From Lacipirellulaceae bacterium (GTDB taxonomy: Bacteria > Planctomycetota > Planctomycetia > Pirellulales > Lacipirellulaceae), in contig CBDDGV010000003.1 in the NCBI GenBank assembly GCA_965228005.1, positions 828,244 through 892,243 of the forward strand: a DNA stretch of 64,000 nucleotides, read 5' to 3'. Made by a program: the position numbers and the translations under genes. The notes below the pieces were generated by a model that was not told the origin of the DNA, searched no databases, and saw only the letters and a program-made list of their open reading frames with translations. Shown here piece by piece: positions 10,434-21,900 of the stretch (within the stretch, counting starts at the first letter, position 1; each line of letters starts with the position of its first letter).

Positions 10434-10783
10434 GCCAGCTGAGTGGCCCGTCTCCGAGGGGTTTCAGCTGTTCCACTACTCTGCGTCTACGCATCTGATC
10501 CGTAAGGCGACTGGTCATTCGGAGATGCGATACCTACTGTGATGACTGGTCGAGTATGTGTGGGCAGATCGGTAGTTGCTGCAGAGCGGCACCGGCTGTA
10601 ACGACTCCTCCCTCTCTGGCGGGTCCGAGGCACTCGACGATTGGCCACATTCTTCTGCAATGGTTCGCGTCCTCGATTCAACCGCTTTCAATTCATCGAG
10701 ACCGCCAGAGACAGCTACTACTAGTAGCATTGAAATCAAACAAAGACGCGGCACAAGATGCAAGGAGAGAGGCGTGGATTCGA

Positions 10784-13198
10784 CTACTCGGTTACGAGCT
10801 CTAAGTCAGCGTTAACGCGAAGCTCTTCGCCGGGTTGGATACGAAAGGGTCTGAGCGATGTGCCGTGACGGAGAAGGAAGTGTGCCCCACCCCGAGAGCG
10901 AATCGTCGCCGACGAAAGCCGTCCATCCACCCATTGGACATCGACGTTAAACGCTCCACGCGCGCAGAGCCCAGAGACCGACCCGTCCGGCCACGCCTCG
11001 CTCGGGAGGGCTGGGAGCAAGTGGAGTTCGTAGGGGCCGGTTGGACCGTCGTGCTGAATGTGAGACTGCAGGAGCATCTCCGCGACACCGGCCGTGCCGC
11101 CGAAGTTGCCGTCGATTTGGAATGGCGGGTGGTTGTCGAAGAGGTTCGGGTGGGTGCTCTTCGTCAACAGCGCTTGTAGGTTCTCGTAGGCGAGATCGGC
11201 GTCGCCAAACCGGGCGAAGAAGTTGATGATCCACGCGCGGCTCCACCCGGTATGGCCCCCGCCATGCTGCAGCCGGAAGTCGATCGACTTGCGCGCCGCG
11301 TCCAGCATCTCGGGCGCCTGGAGACGGGTGTATTGCCGACCGGGGTGCACGGCGAACAGGTGGGATAGGTGGCGGTGCCCGGGCTCCGGTTCGCCGAACG
11401 GTCGGCTCCACTCCATGAGCCGACCGTCGTCGCCCACCCGGGGCAGATAGAGCCGCTCGAGCGATGAGCGGATTTCACGGAGCAGCTCGTCGTCCTCAAG
11501 CCCCAGTACCTCAGCCGCATCGAGCGTGGCACTGAACGTCTCCCAAATGATCTGCTGGCTCATGCTCGGCCCCATCGACACCGAGTAATTGCCGCCGTCT
11601 TGGGCCCGATACTTGTTCTCAGGCGAGTTGTCGGGCCCCGCTACGTAGAGGTTGGTCTCGGGGTCCAGCGTCAAATAGTCAACGTAGAAAGCAGACACCT
11701 CTCGCAACAACGGGTAAGCACGGTCGCGGAGAAACTCAGTATCCCCCGTGAAGCGGTAGTGCTCACTAAAGTGAGTTGCGTTCCACCCCAACCCGTGAGG
11801 CCACATGCCCCAGTTCAGTTGTCCGATCAACGAGGTCCAGTGCCAGACATCGCTGGTGTGACCGGCCGCGGACCCGCGTGCGCCAAACATGTTGCGAGCG
11901 GTCTTCCTTCCAGAGGGCAGCAACCGTTCGGTGTACGCAAGAAAGGGTTCGTGCAGTTCGGAAAGATCCGTTAACTCAGCCGGCCAGTAGTTCATCTGCA
12001 GGTTGATGTTCAGGTGGTAGTCGGCGTTCCAGGGGGCCTCCAGGTGCTCGTTCCAGATGCCTTGTAGGTTTGCGGGGAGGTTGCCAGGCCGCGACGATCC
12101 GATCAGCAGGTAGCGGCCGTACTGGAAGTAGAGCGCGTCGAGCCCCGGGTCGGGCGTTCCGCTCTTAACTCGCTCGAGCCTCTCGTCGGTTGGTAGCGCG
12201 TCCATGTCTCCGCTGCCCAGGTCGAGCGACACGCGACGGAACAGCTCCCGGTGCTCGGTGATGTGCCTGCTTAGGAGTTCTCCGAGTCTCTTGCCATCGA
12301 CTCCTGCGAGCGCCTCACCGACTCGATGTTGTGGCAGTTCCGGCGAGCGGCGGTGAGGCGATTGCGGCTGGTAATCCGTTGCAGCAGCGATGTAGAGGGT
12401 CACGCTGTTGGCGTCTGACACTTCGATTGATTCGCCGACGAGTTTCCTATTTCCTCCGTCGGTAACCGTCCGCACAGTCGCCTGCCAGAAGACCCCTGCG
12501 TGTTTGCCCTCATGGCTAGCCTGCCCGGCCATGGTCAGCAGCCCACGGTCGTCGCCGCTGGTGCTGAAACCGGACGTCCGGTCGAGCCGCACGCGGAGAT
12601 TGACTGCATTAGGTTGGTCCGCCTCGATCGAGACGACCAGCACATCGTCAACCGCCGACGCGAAAACCCGGCGGCGGTAGGTTACGCCTTCAATGTCAAA
12701 CGAAGTGGAGGCGATTGCCGAGTCGAGGTCGAGCTGTCGGCGGTACCCCGTCGGCCGGCCTTCGACGCCAAGCAGCGTCAGGCGTAAGTCGCCGAGCGTC
12801 TGGTAGCTTCGCGGCGAGATCCGCTCAGACATGCTCGATTGCAAGAGCCGATGCGCCTCGGCATAGTTGCCGGCGAACCACGCAGCCCGCGACTTGGGGA
12901 GCGCATCGCGCATCGAAGGGTTGTCCTGCGGCGTGGGGGGGCCCGCCCAAACAGATTCCTCATTCATCTGGATGCGCGCCTCGGATACGCCGCCGAAGCA
13001 CATCGCCCCCAGTCGCCCGTTACCGACGGGAAGCGCCTGTGTCCATTGCTCGGCAGGCTTGTCGTACCACAGGCAAGCGCCGGGCCCCGCCAACGCCGAG
13101 CTTACCCAAAAAAGGGTCAAACAAACCCACAGGTAACGGCCGCGTGCGCCCAGCCTGTTGCGAATCAGCTCAGACAACTCAACAAAGCCCCAATTCAA
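10784..13198 (-). CDS. glycoside hydrolase family 95 (alpha-L-fucosidase-like)
   Basis: 804 aa. N-terminal [43 protein letters not shown] matches the conserved GH95 N-terminal motif. Confidence 0.7.
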   Translation of the reverse strand: MNWGFVELSELIRNRLGARGRYLWVCLTLFWVSSALAGPGACLWYDKPAEQWTQALPVGNGRLGAMCFGGVSEARIQMNEESVWAGPPTPQDNPSMRDALPKSRAAWFAGNYAEAHRLLQSSMSERISPRSYQTLGDLRLTLLGVEGRPTGYRRQLDLDSAIASTSFDIEGVTYRRRVFASAVDDVLVVSIEADQPNAVNLRVRLDRTSGFSTSGDDRGLLTMAGQASHEGKHAGVFWQATVRTVTDGGNRKLVGESIEVSDANSVTLYIAAATDYQPQSPHRRSPELPQHRVGEALAGVDGKRLGELLSRHITEHRELFRRVSLDLGSGDMDALPTDERLERVKSGTPDPGLDALYFQYGRYLLIGSSRPGNLPANLQGIWNEHLEAPWNADYHLNINLQMNYWPAELTDLSELHEPFLAYTERLLPSGRKTARNMFGARGSAAGHTSDVWHWTSLIGQLNWGMWPHGLGWNATHFSEHYRFTGDTEFLRDRAYPLLREVSAFYVDYLTLDPETNLYVAGPDNSPENKYRAQDGGNYSVSMGPSMSQQIIWETFSATLDAAEVLGLEDDELLREIRSSLERLYLPRVGDDGRLMEWSRPFGEPEPGHRHLSHLFAVHPGRQYTRLQAPEMLDAARKSIDFRLQHGGGHTGWSRAWIINFFARFGDADLAYENLQALLTKSTHPNLFDNHPPFQIDGNFGGTAGVAEMLLQSHIQHDGPTGPYELHLLPALPSEAWPDGSVSGLCARGAFNVDVQWVDGRLSSATIRSRGGAHFLLRHGTSLRPFRIQPGEELRVNADLELVTE

Positions 13199-13297
13199 AA
13201 CGCCGCCCTCCTGTGCCGTGTATCAAAACGCGCCGTGAATCGGAACGCGTAGGCAAGAATAGCCCTGCTCAGCCGAGTAGATCATGAGCGTAGACTT

Positions 13298-14545
13298 CTA
13301 CCCATTGTCTTTGTCGAAGCTCGAGAGGTCCCAACGAGTCCGCCATTCGATTCGAAAAGAGCCGTCCCCGTCGAAACGAAGCGGCAGCCAATAGTAGCGG
13401 CCGTCGATGGCGTTCTTCGGTCGCCACTCGTCGAACAAAGCGATGTACGCGTTCTCTGATCCTTTAACCGGGAGCACGTAGGTGCTCTGCCCGCCGAAGG
13501 TCTTCTCCGGCCCTAACCCGTTGTGCGGATTCGTCCCTACACAAGGATTGCCCAGCGGTTTCCAGGGCCCCCAAATCGAGTCCGCCACCGCCGAGCGCGC
13601 CGCGTTTGGCGCCCACCCGGTGCAGCCCGAAGCAAGCAGGTAGTACTTCCCTTGGTGCTTGAATAGCGCCGGCGCCTCGTTGTGCCCGCCCGGCAACACG
13701 CGGACGTAGCGGCCGGTGAAATCGAGGTAGTCGCCCGATAGTTCCGAGATATGCAGCGTGTGATTTTCCTCGGAAGCGTGAACGTGGTAGGCAGTGCCGT
13801 CGTCATCGACAAACAGCGTCATGTCCCTTGCCATCTGACCGCCTTCGTAATCGCGCCGTGTTAGCACTCCTTCGACCACACTGTCGTGGTCGAAGGCGGC
13901 ATCAGAGGACTCGCCCGCCAGTCGGTTCTTCGCGGGTAGATTCTCTGGCCACTTGTCGGCGTTGGGGCGGTGTGATCCGAGATAGCGATAAGGACCGGCC
14001 GCGTCGTCAGCCACAGCGAGCCCCGTGCGGGCGGCCTTGTACCCCCGGCCGCGGAGTTCGAGGTGAAACCACATCACGAACCGCTTGGTCTTGGCGTTGT
14101 AGATGACCTTGGGGCGCTCGATGACGCAGCCAGCGACAATCTCGCTGGACGGGTCGTCCGAGACCGCGAGGGCGACGCCCTGATTGGACCAGTTGTAGAG
14201 GTCGGTCGATCGGTAGCACCGCACCCCGACATTGGCCACGTTGCCCGCTGAGCCCTGCGTCTTGTGCTCACCGAACCAATAGTAGGCCCCTGCGTGCTGC
14301 AGCAACCCGCCGCCATGAGCGTTGATGTGGACGCCGGCCTCGTCTGGCCAGAGCTGACCGGGCAAGAAGGAGTCGCGGGGCGAACCCACGGCGGCGGTTC
14401 CCACATCGCCTTTAGCCGTCTCGGCAGGAGCAGCGCTGTGTAAGCACCAAGTTGGTAGCGTCAACGCCAGTATCCCCACGGCAATACCACGGACGGATGG
14501 TCGAGTCGCCCAGTGACCGTGACGACCTCTGCCTAGGTTTGACAT
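13298..14545 (-). CDS. glycoside hydrolase family 43-like (five-bladed beta-propeller) protein
   Basis: Start chosen at MSNLGRGRH with a signal peptide; the longer ORF would overlap the upstream gene. GH43-like segments AYYWFGEHK and YYLLASGCTGW. Confidence 0.55.
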   Translation of the reverse strand: MSNLGRGRHGHWATRPSVRGIAVGILALTLPTWCLHSAAPAETAKGDVGTAAVGSPRDSFLPGQLWPDEAGVHINAHGGGLLQHAGAYYWFGEHKTQGSAGNVANVGVRCYRSTDLYNWSNQGVALAVSDDPSSEIVAGCVIERPKVIYNAKTKRFVMWFHLELRGRGYKAARTGLAVADDAAGPYRYLGSHRPNADKWPENLPAKNRLAGESSDAAFDHDSVVEGVLTRRDYEGGQMARDMTLFVDDDGTAYHVHASEENHTLHISELSGDYLDFTGRYVRVLPGGHNEAPALFKHQGKYYLLASGCTGWAPNAARSAVADSIWGPWKPLGNPCVGTNPHNGLGPEKTFGGQSTYVLPVKGSENAYIALFDEWRPKNAIDGRYYWLPLRFDGDGSFRIEWRTRWDLSSFDKDNG

Positions 14546-14577
14546 CGACCCCGGACATCCTAGTGAGCCGACCAGCG

Positions 14578-16152
14578 CTACCTCCAGATCTCCCATGTAT
14601 CCGTCCTGAATGGAGTGACGGGCAGAATGCCCTTTTCGGTGTACAGGTTGCACTCCGGATTGTCGCCCCACGCATAACGAACGGCCAGGGGCTCTGTGAC
14701 ATAGGGATGCCACACCTCAATCCTTCCATTGCCCAGGTGGCGGGCAAAAGCTGCTCGCCAGGTCCGGTCGGACCCGCGGATCGCGAATCCAACGATCGGG
14801 TCCCCAGCGTCGCCGTCGACGGTTTGCAAGCCGTTCCCAATGGGCGAGAGAGTCACCACGACCTTGTCCTCCACGATCTTATGGTCGACCAGCCTGGGGC
14901 TCTCGTAATCGAGGTCGTAGCCGTAGTTCTTCGCCAAGGCGATTCGGGCCAGGCGGTTTGCAACCTCGTGCTTATTGCGAGGGTGCACGTCGTCCGAGGC
15001 GCCAAGATCGATGATGACCGCTTGACCCGTGTCCGACAGGCGATCGAGCGTCAAAGTCTGAGCTTCCCGCAACCGAGCCCACGACGAGTCGAAGGACCCT
15101 TCCTGGCGTTCCAGATAAGCGGCGAGCTGCACCCAGTAGAACGAGAGCTTCTCTTGGTTCCATGCGTCCCGCCACGACTGAATCAAGAGCGGGAAGAGTT
15201 CCCGGTACTCTTCCGGCCGCCAGGCATTCGACTCGCCCTGATACCAAAGCACGCCCCGGACCGCGTACCCGGCAATCGGCGCGATGCGTGCTTCGTAGAG
15301 GTTGCCGGGCCTGGCGTTACCCATGGACCAAATGCTAGACGGGAGCGGCCGCTCCTCGGGCTGCCGACCTTCTTGCCGAAGCTTGGTCGACCGTCGCTCC
15401 CAATCAGAGAACGCCTGCTCGAACCAGGCCTTCGCCCCGGCGTCGTCTCCTTCACGGTCTTTCTGGCGCCACTCATCAAGACGGTTGGCGAACGCCGGGT
15501 CGGCTTCAACGATCCGCCGGGGAGTCCATGCTTCGGCAGCGGATCCCCCCCAGGCGTTATCGATCAGGCCGACAGGTACACCGAGCGTTCCTTGCAGACG
15601 CCTCGCAAAGTAGTAGCCGACCGCGGAGAATCGTTGAGCGTTCTCGGGAGTGCATCGTTCCCAAGAGCCTTCGAAGTCGTAGAGCGGCTCTTCCGACCCA
15701 TAGTTGTCCACCGTAAGCAACCGGATCGACGGGTGATCGGCGACGAGCAGTTCGATGTCTCCGTTCATCGCCCCGCCCACCGAGAACTGCATGTTCGATT
15801 GCCCAGAGCAGACCCAGACTTCACCTACGAGAACGTCCGTCAGCTCGATCTGGCCATCACCGTCAACAAGGATGGTCAGCGGCTCGCCCGTCGTGAGAGG
15901 ATCCAGCACGACCCGCCACCTCCCGTCTACTGCGGCGGTGGTCGTGTGGGTCTGATGGTTCTCACCACCGGAGACGGTTACCGTGACCTCGGTTCCCGGC
16001 GCGGCCTTCCCCCATAGCGGGGCCGCAGCGTCACGCTGCAGGACCATGCCGTCGCTGAACAGGTTCGGCATGGAAAGCTCTGCGTGAGCGGCGGAGCAAA
16101 GTACCGCCAGAAAGGCAGGCCACGCAACGTAAGGAAGCCCCAGGAGATTCAT
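14578..16152 (-). CDS. sialate O-acetylesterase family (SASA/DUF303) carbohydrate esterase
   Basis: Signal peptide, then EVWVCSGQSNMQF and WYQGESN motifs characteristic of the SASA esterase fold. Confidence 0.7.
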   Translation of the reverse strand: MNLLGLPYVAWPAFLAVLCSAAHAELSMPNLFSDGMVLQRDAAAPLWGKAAPGTEVTVTVSGGENHQTHTTTAAVDGRWRVVLDPLTTGEPLTILVDGDGQIELTDVLVGEVWVCSGQSNMQFSVGGAMNGDIELLVADHPSIRLLTVDNYGSEEPLYDFEGSWERCTPENAQRFSAVGYYFARRLQGTLGVPVGLIDNAWGGSAAEAWTPRRIVEADPAFANRLDEWRQKDREGDDAGAKAWFEQAFSDWERRSTKLRQEGRQPEERPLPSSIWSMGNARPGNLYEARIAPIAGYAVRGVLWYQGESNAWRPEEYRELFPLLIQSWRDAWNQEKLSFYWVQLAAYLERQEGSFDSSWARLREAQTLTLDRLSDTGQAVIIDLGASDDVHPRNKHEVANRLARIALAKNYGYDLDYESPRLVDHKIVEDKVVVTLSPIGNGLQTVDGDAGDPIVGFAIRGSDRTWRAAFARHLGNGRIEVWHPYVTEPLAVRYAWGDNPECNLYTEKGILPVTPFRTDTWEIWR

Positions 16153-16328
16153 CGGGTGACCTAAAGGAGTGCATTTCGAGGTTGGGAAACGAAGATAGAA
16201 ACAGATCGCGGCAGAGTTGAGCTGAGACGACGCCTGCTCATTGGCCGCAGCGCAGGTTGGGCTTCAAGGAGGGCTTGCGAGTCGAGCAGCCAAACGAAGT
16301 CGAGTGCATCCTATTAAAGCAAATCGAC

Positions 16329-17333
16329 TCAGAAGTCTCCGACCGGGTTGAAATCGGCGCGACCCCCTAGGAATTGGTAAACCGTTTCGAACTCGATATC
16401 CTCGCTCAGGAAGTGAACCGCACCGTCCCCCATCAGGAAGTGCGCACCGCCCGGGTGCGACGAGATGAACCCGTTCGATGCGTTCCAGTTGTTTGGGCCG
16501 CTGCAACGGAATGGCGTCGACTCGTCGCAAGTGTTGGTGTTGATGGGCACCGCCGTGCTCCGACTCCCCTGGCCGTTGTTGCTGCGGAACCAGCCCCTGG
16601 CGGTGTGCACTGAGCACTGTGGCCTGACCTCCCCAAAAAAGATGGTGGAGCTGAGCCCATCCGTGCAGTGACGGAACTCGATCCTGTGGTTGTGTCTCGT
16701 GAAGGGGCCGGAGATCTCGTCAAGATCCATGCCCGCGTTCGGGAACGCTTTCTCCGCGATCAAGTTCCAGTCGGCGATTGGGTACGAGGGCGTGTGAGCG
16801 GGGTTGCAACCTACGAGCAAGTTGGCGTTGGACCCGCTGGAAGCGTTGTAGTTGTGAGCCGCTCGCAGTCTTTCCTCTGCCCCGGCGTTATTCACCGGCC
16901 GCCACATGCCGTCCAGCAGGTCGTCGGACGGACAGATATAGACCGGGATCACAAGCTCGTCGATCGGTTGCCCATTGGGCTGGGTCTGATCTTCAATCGG
17001 CATCGAGAAGTCGATGAAGTCGAAGGCGGCTTGTTGCTCCATGTACGGAAGCAGGAATACGAGCACCGAGCCGCGGCCCTCTTCAACATCGTCGCCCGGG
17101 GGAAGCCTTCCCTGGGTGCCGTGGTAGTTGTGGAGCGCTAAACCGATCTGGCGGAAGTTGCTGATGCAAGCCGAACGGCGCGCCGCCTCGCGTGCCGACT
17201 GCACCGCGGGGAGCAAGAGGGCGACCAGTACACCGATGATTGCGATGACGACGAGGAGTTCAACTAGAGTAAACCCTAGACGGCGGTTGGCGCGTGGTTG
17301 TCGATGAGTCATCTCAAGCGCTCTCGTGTACAT
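16329..17333 (-). CDS. DUF1559 protein with prepilin-type N-terminal cleavage/methylation domain (Planctomycete-specific)
   Basis: N-terminus GFTLVELLVVIAIIGVLVALLLPAVQSAREAARRSAC. Confidence 0.8.
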   Translation of the reverse strand: MYTRALEMTHRQPRANRRLGFTLVELLVVIAIIGVLVALLLPAVQSAREAARRSACISNFRQIGLALHNYHGTQGRLPPGDDVEEGRGSVLVFLLPYMEQQAAFDFIDFSMPIEDQTQPNGQPIDELVIPVYICPSDDLLDGMWRPVNNAGAEERLRAAHNYNASSGSNANLLVGCNPAHTPSYPIADWNLIAEKAFPNAGMDLDEISGPFTRHNHRIEFRHCTDGLSSTIFFGEVRPQCSVHTARGWFRSNNGQGSRSTAVPINTNTCDESTPFRCSGPNNWNASNGFISSHPGGAHFLMGDGAVHFLSEDIEFETVYQFLGGRADFNPVGDF

Positions 17334-17387
17334 TCGTGGTTTCGAAAAGAGTGAGTAAAGAGAATGGTGTCTAACTCAGCAGAAACA

Positions 17388-18518
17388 CTATTCTTCAAAT
17401 CCGGGGATGACCTCGCGGATAAACTCCGTGAGCCGCTCTGCCATAGCTTTTTGTCGTTCTGCCGACGGGTGCGCATCGCCCGTGTAGGGGAAGATCAATC
17501 CGTAGACCCTGGGGTCGTTGTGTTTGCTCCTCAGTTCTTCAACCGCTCCGCGCAAATAACCCGGCCAAGGCGAGTCGTCATCGGTGGCCTGCATGCTGCC
17601 TAGACTGAGGATGATGTGGGCCCCGGGATAACGATCGCGGAGTGTGCGGGCGAAACGGATATAGTTCTCCTTCGCGCCTTCCGCGGTATGAGGTCCCCAA
17701 GCGTCGTTCTGCCCCAGGTTGACGACGACCAATTGGGGGGTCCACTGGTCAAAATCCCAAGGCTTGGACGGCCCGAGTTTGTCGTAATACAGCGTCTGCA
17801 TGTTTCCGCCGAAGCCCCAGACATCAACGTAGAGGCCGATGCCCGAGACCGAGATGCAGTGGTACTCGGCGGCAAGCTCCCGGGCTGTGATGCCCGCGTA
17901 AGCGTAGTAGTTGTCCTTGGCGACGGCGTCGTTCGAGTCGCCCTTCGTAGACGCTACCGAGTGGCCGGCGGTAATCGAGTCCCCATAGAATTCGATCCTC
18001 CTCTTGGGGCGCTCCGGCGGCGGCAGAAGCTGCTTTCCCGCGTCGAGCATGAAACCGCGGAACGCCGTTTTGCCTTCGGCGGTCTCGGTCCGCTTGAACA
18101 GCGTCACGGTGTGCACAGTGTCGCTGAGGCCCTCGGCGACAAGGTAACTCGACTGGCCGGGATTTAGATCAAACAGGGCCGGGGGACCGCCGTCGACGAT
18201 GGCATAGAGGTAGTTGTCGCCGTAATCGTGCAGGGTCGCGGTAATCGACTCCCCTTCGAACCGGGCCGTAACTTCGCTACCAGGCCACCAGAGAGTAGGC
18301 GCCTTCGGGTCCTCGTGATCAATACGTCCCGTGTAGCGGATGTGAGGGTGATCAGCCTCAATGACCGTCACGGCAAAGGCCGGATGGCAAAGGCAAGCCG
18401 TGCACATCAAGAACAGGCTCATGCCCCGCCAGGCCTTGGCGGCAAAGCCGCACCGATAGCGAGTCACTCCTGCTGTCGGAGCGTGAGCAGCTTCGTAGTA
18501 GCGTGGCAAAACGATCAT
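17388..18518 (-). CDS. SGNH/GDSL hydrolase family esterase
   Basis: FYGDSITAGH (GDS block) and DGIHP-like C-terminal block. True start is probably the internal Met before the signal peptide MSLFLMCTACLC. Confidence 0.55.
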   Translation of the reverse strand: MIVLPRYYEAAHAPTAGVTRYRCGFAAKAWRGMSLFLMCTACLCHPAFAVTVIEADHPHIRYTGRIDHEDPKAPTLWWPGSEVTARFEGESITATLHDYGDNYLYAIVDGGPPALFDLNPGQSSYLVAEGLSDTVHTVTLFKRTETAEGKTAFRGFMLDAGKQLLPPPERPKRRIEFYGDSITAGHSVASTKGDSNDAVAKDNYYAYAGITARELAAEYHCISVSGIGLYVDVWGFGGNMQTLYYDKLGPSKPWDFDQWTPQLVVVNLGQNDAWGPHTAEGAKENYIRFARTLRDRYPGAHIILSLGSMQATDDDSPWPGYLRGAVEELRSKHNDPRVYGLIFPYTGDAHPSAERQKAMAERLTEFIREVIPGFEE

Positions 18519-18563
18519 GCTATGCTGACAAACTCTTCACTAACTAATCGGAGAAAGCTCTCG

Positions 18564-19034
18564 ATGGAACCGAACCACTCTTTGTTGTTCCTGCGGCGAC
18601 CAAGCATGTCGATAATGTGGTCCTTTCTAGGTCTGGCAATGCTTGGCTGCGGCTCGGGCAGCGTTTCTGTTACTGGGACGGTAACCCTTGACGGCTCTCC
18701 ACTTGCTGAGGCTTTCGTGTCATTCACTCCGGATGACGGCGGTCGGCCGGTATCAATAACAACGAATGACTCTGGAGAGTTTGCCTTCGACGACGGGACG
18801 CCTCCTGGACTATTGGCCGGGGTGTATAAAGTGACTGTTAGCAAGACCGAGAGACTTGGCTTGCCCCCTGGAATCGAGGAAGGCGGGCCGATCCCCGCGG
18901 ACTTCGACCCGGCCAGCGCCAAGGAGCACTGGGTCACGCCGCGAAAGTACGCAAAAACTAGCACCTCCGGATTAACCGCGAACGTGGAACGAGGGATGTC
19001 GCCAGTGGCATTAAATCTGATCTCGGATGAGTAG
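18564..19034 (+). CDS. small secreted/lipoprotein with a carboxypeptidase-regulatory-like beta-sandwich
   Basis: ATG at 18564 preceded by ggagaaag. LGCGSGS lipobox-like. Resembles the small proteins that accompany DUF1559 genes (compare 29337..29765). Confidence 0.4.
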   Translation: MEPNHSLLFLRRPSMSIMWSFLGLAMLGCGSGSVSVTGTVTLDGSPLAEAFVSFTPDDGGRPVSITTNDSGEFAFDDGTPPGLLAGVYKVTVSKTERLGLPPGIEEGGPIPADFDPASAKEHWVTPRKYAKTSTSGLTANVERGMSPVALNLISDE

Positions 19035-19053
19035 CGTCCCGGGCGCCGTCTGA

Positions 19054-20892
19054 TCACAAGCGTTTGTCGAGCGGGCTCCCGAGCCGCTGATCTGATGAGC
19101 CAGGGTCGCTTTGTGAGTCGACGGGTTCGATACGCGGATCGACAAGAACAACATGGTCGTGGTGCAAGGAGCCGTCTGCATCGGATGTCACAATTGTCAG
19201 GTATCGAGCGCTGAGGGGCAGGGGAATCTCGAAGGCCTCATCCCCGTCGCTCCGCCCGAAGTCTAGGCGGCTGTAACAGAGCTCGCCGTCGACATAGACC
19301 CGTGCGTCCACGCGCGACGGGTCGACCGGGTGGTCCATCGTGTGCGAGTTGTCCAGGTTCGTAACCGAACCCACCAAGCGAATGTCCGTCGATTCGCAAG
19401 CGGCAAGCCGGCGGACGGATCTGAGGTTGAACGTAATGCCGACGTTGGAGTGCAGGCCGAGGATGCCGTCTGCTGCCGTGGCGAGTCTAGCGGTGGCGCA
19501 CTCGAACGCGGTCCGGCCCCAGAAGTCTTGATCCTGACCGCTAAAGACACTGTTCTCCACTTCCGGTTCGAGCCGCCGACGTGACCAGATCGGCCCCCAA
19601 GAATCTCCGCTGGTTGAAGGCAAGTCGATCTTCCCGCCCTCCGAGTTGTACTGAGTCGCGATTCCGTCGGCCTCGGGCACGAACACGCCGTCGATGAGTG
19701 GGGTCCAGCGGGTGGCCCTGTAGGGCGTTCCATCGACTTCGACTTTCCGGTAGTAGGCCTCCTGGTCGATCGAGTAACCCTTGTATCGACCCCAGAAACC
19801 TGTGACCGGGTCGACCGAGCCAGCGACTACCGGGCCATTGGATTTCTTGCCCGCGAGCAGGTCGAGCAGGCTCACGGCTTTCGGCTCCCGGTTCGGTTTT
19901 GCTTCGTGCAGGCTCTGGCGCCCTTCGTACAAGCTTGCGACAGCCCTGGGGGAGGCGTTGCGGTGAACGCCGTCACGATCGACTCGGACGGACATGCCTT
20001 CGAGTAGCTTGCGCACAAAGCTGCTAGCGGGCTCGGTGGCATGCAGGCCGTGCACATGGACCTCGCCATCGAAAACGCTCACGTCGGTGCCGTCCCCGCC
20101 AACCCTAACGCCGAACTCGGTCCCCACATCGACAACGGTTGCTGAAGGGGTGACGACAGTGAAGGACTCGTCTCCGTTGGCGCGGCCAACAACCATCCCA
20201 TCGAGCAGCCTCGCAGAGGTCGGGCTTGTGATCTGTAGTTGGGAAGCGGGATTGATGACTAACTCCGCCCCGCTTGTAAACTCGATCGTCGCCGTTCCTC
20301 GTTCGATCGCCAGGAGGTCGCCGGGCCGCAGCCGCATCAAGAAGTCTGCAGGGGCGGCATCGTTGACCCACCGGAGGTCGTTCGAGATGGAAACAACACG
20401 CGCTACGATCTGCTCGGTGTCTTCCACAAAGAGAGAAGCAGGTTGCGACGAGCTGTCGGCCGGCGAGGAACCGGGCGGGCTTGTCTTGCCCCGATCCGCG
20501 ACCACCCCTGAATCGGGCTCCAGGCCTAACCAGAACAGTGCCGCGGCGACCAAACTAGCAGCCAGGCCAACCGTGATGCGAAGAAGCGGTCCCGCACTCT
20601 TGCGTTCACGGCCCACGCTGTGGGCCTCACGCTTCTCATGTCTGGGCTCGTTCATCAGGGTCAACAGCCCGTTGATGTCGCCGCTGCCACGCGAATTCCC
20701 CCAGCTCCGCATGCCCGCTAGGAGGTGGACCGTCTTGAGGTAGGTTCGACGATTCGCTTCATCAGTTTCAAGCAGGCCCTTTAGTTCCTGAGCCTCAGCA
20801 GCCGTGAGCTCCTGGTCGCAGAGCACCCCTAGCAACTCTTCCAGTCGCTGCTCTTGCGTCCTTCCGCGACGGGGATCTTGTTCTTGCGCCAC
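19054..20892 (-). CDS. FecR-domain anti-sigma factor
   Basis: N-terminal anti-sigma helix region, one TM segment and a FecR-like region (TATIEFTSGAELVINPASQLQI...VVDVGTEFGVRV). Start overlaps the stop of the upstream sigma gene. Confidence 0.55.
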   Translation of the reverse strand: MAQEQDPRRGRTQEQRLEELLGVLCDQELTAAEAQELKGLLETDEANRRTYLKTVHLLAGMRSWGNSRGSGDINGLLTLMNEPRHEKREAHSVGRERKSAGPLLRITVGLAASLVAAALFWLGLEPDSGVVADRGKTSPPGSSPADSSSQPASLFVEDTEQIVARVVSISNDLRWVNDAAPADFLMRLRPGDLLAIERGTATIEFTSGAELVINPASQLQITSPTSARLLDGMVVGRANGDESFTVVTPSATVVDVGTEFGVRVGGDGTDVSVFDGEVHVHGLHATEPASSFVRKLLEGMSVRVDRDGVHRNASPRAVASLYEGRQSLHEAKPNREPKAVSLLDLLAGKKSNGPVVAGSVDPVTGFWGRYKGYSIDQEAYYRKVEVDGTPYRATRWTPLIDGVFVPEADGIATQYNSEGGKIDLPSTSGDSWGPIWSRRRLEPEVENSVFSGQDQDFWGRTAFECATARLATAADGILGLHSNVGITFNLRSVRRLAACESTDIRLVGSVTNLDNSHTMDHPVDPSRVDARVYVDGELCYSRLDFGRSDGDEAFEIPLPLSARYLTIVTSDADGSLHHDHVVLVDPRIEPVDSQSDPGSSDQRLGSPLDKRL

Positions 20893-21441
20893 TTACTGTG
20901 CCCCACTCGTTTGAATCTGAGATTCTATGCATCGCATCAGCGCGGCCCGGACAGCCGCGAGCGATTTGTAGACGCCATTGGGAGTAATCCCGAGGCGGTC
21001 GGCGATCCCCGAAACTGCTTCTCCGGCGCCGTACCGCATCTTGATGAGTTCACGCTGTCTTTCTGGCATCTTCTCCATGCAGTCGGCAAGGGCTTCTTGC
21101 CGTTCCCCCAGTTCGACTTGCATCTCTAATTGAAGGTCCGCCAGATCTTCGACTAACTCACTGCTGAAAACGACCTTTGCTCGGCTGGCTCGTTGGTAGT
21201 ACCGGAGTACTTCGTATTTTGCGATGGTGCAAACCCAACGAACGAATTCCTCGTCGGGGTCATCCTTGCTGTAAGTGAAGGAATCAATCTTTCGGAAGGC
21301 CGCGACGGAAGTGTTCTGGAAGACATCGTCCACTTCGCTGGAGGGCAGCAAGAGGCTGGCGACAAAGCCGCGCACCCGCTGCTCGTTTGCGATAAGCAAC
21401 CCAACAAAGGCCTCGTTCGTGAGTGGTTTCCCCGAGCGCAT
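20893..21441 (-). CDS. ECF-type RNA polymerase sigma-70 factor
   Basis: 182 aa with sigma-70 region 2 (FVRWVCTIAKYEVLRYYQR) and region 4 (ADRLGITPNGVYKSLAAVRAALMRCIE). Confidence 0.75.
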   Translation of the reverse strand: MRSGKPLTNEAFVGLLIANEQRVRGFVASLLLPSSEVDDVFQNTSVAAFRKIDSFTYSKDDPDEEFVRWVCTIAKYEVLRYYQRASRAKVVFSSELVEDLADLQLEMQVELGERQEALADCMEKMPERQRELIKMRYGAGEAVSGIADRLGITPNGVYKSLAAVRAALMRCIESQIQTSGAQ

Positions 21442-21900
21442 TTGCTCACTCGTTTCCTCTGAGGGCTCCGCGCATGCAACTGGTACTCCGTGCCATTCCC
21501 GGCCTCCGTGCCGGACTACCTCAATCAGTCAAAGGAGTGCTGATTCGATCAATGCCCTTCAGTTCGCTACCACGCCCCAAGCGAGGAATTGGACTCAAAT
21601 CCTGGTCCGAATGACTTTCTCGACGCGGACGCATAATCAACGTAACAGGGGTGCGGTCCCCCGCACGCCTGTTTGCGATCTACAAACCGAATCAAACTTT
21701 ACGCCCGAATATCGACCCGATTTTGGGCAAGCTCAGGAAACTTTGCGTTCTATTTCTTTTGTTTCCACAATGGAAGCAATCGTGCGGTAGCAGATAGCCG
21801 GCAACTCGCCGCAGTCGTTCTCCTTTCGATTGCCCAGAGTGAGTCCAGCAGCCGTCTTTTCATTTGCCTCTCGTTCTCATCTCCAACTCGCAGGCACGCA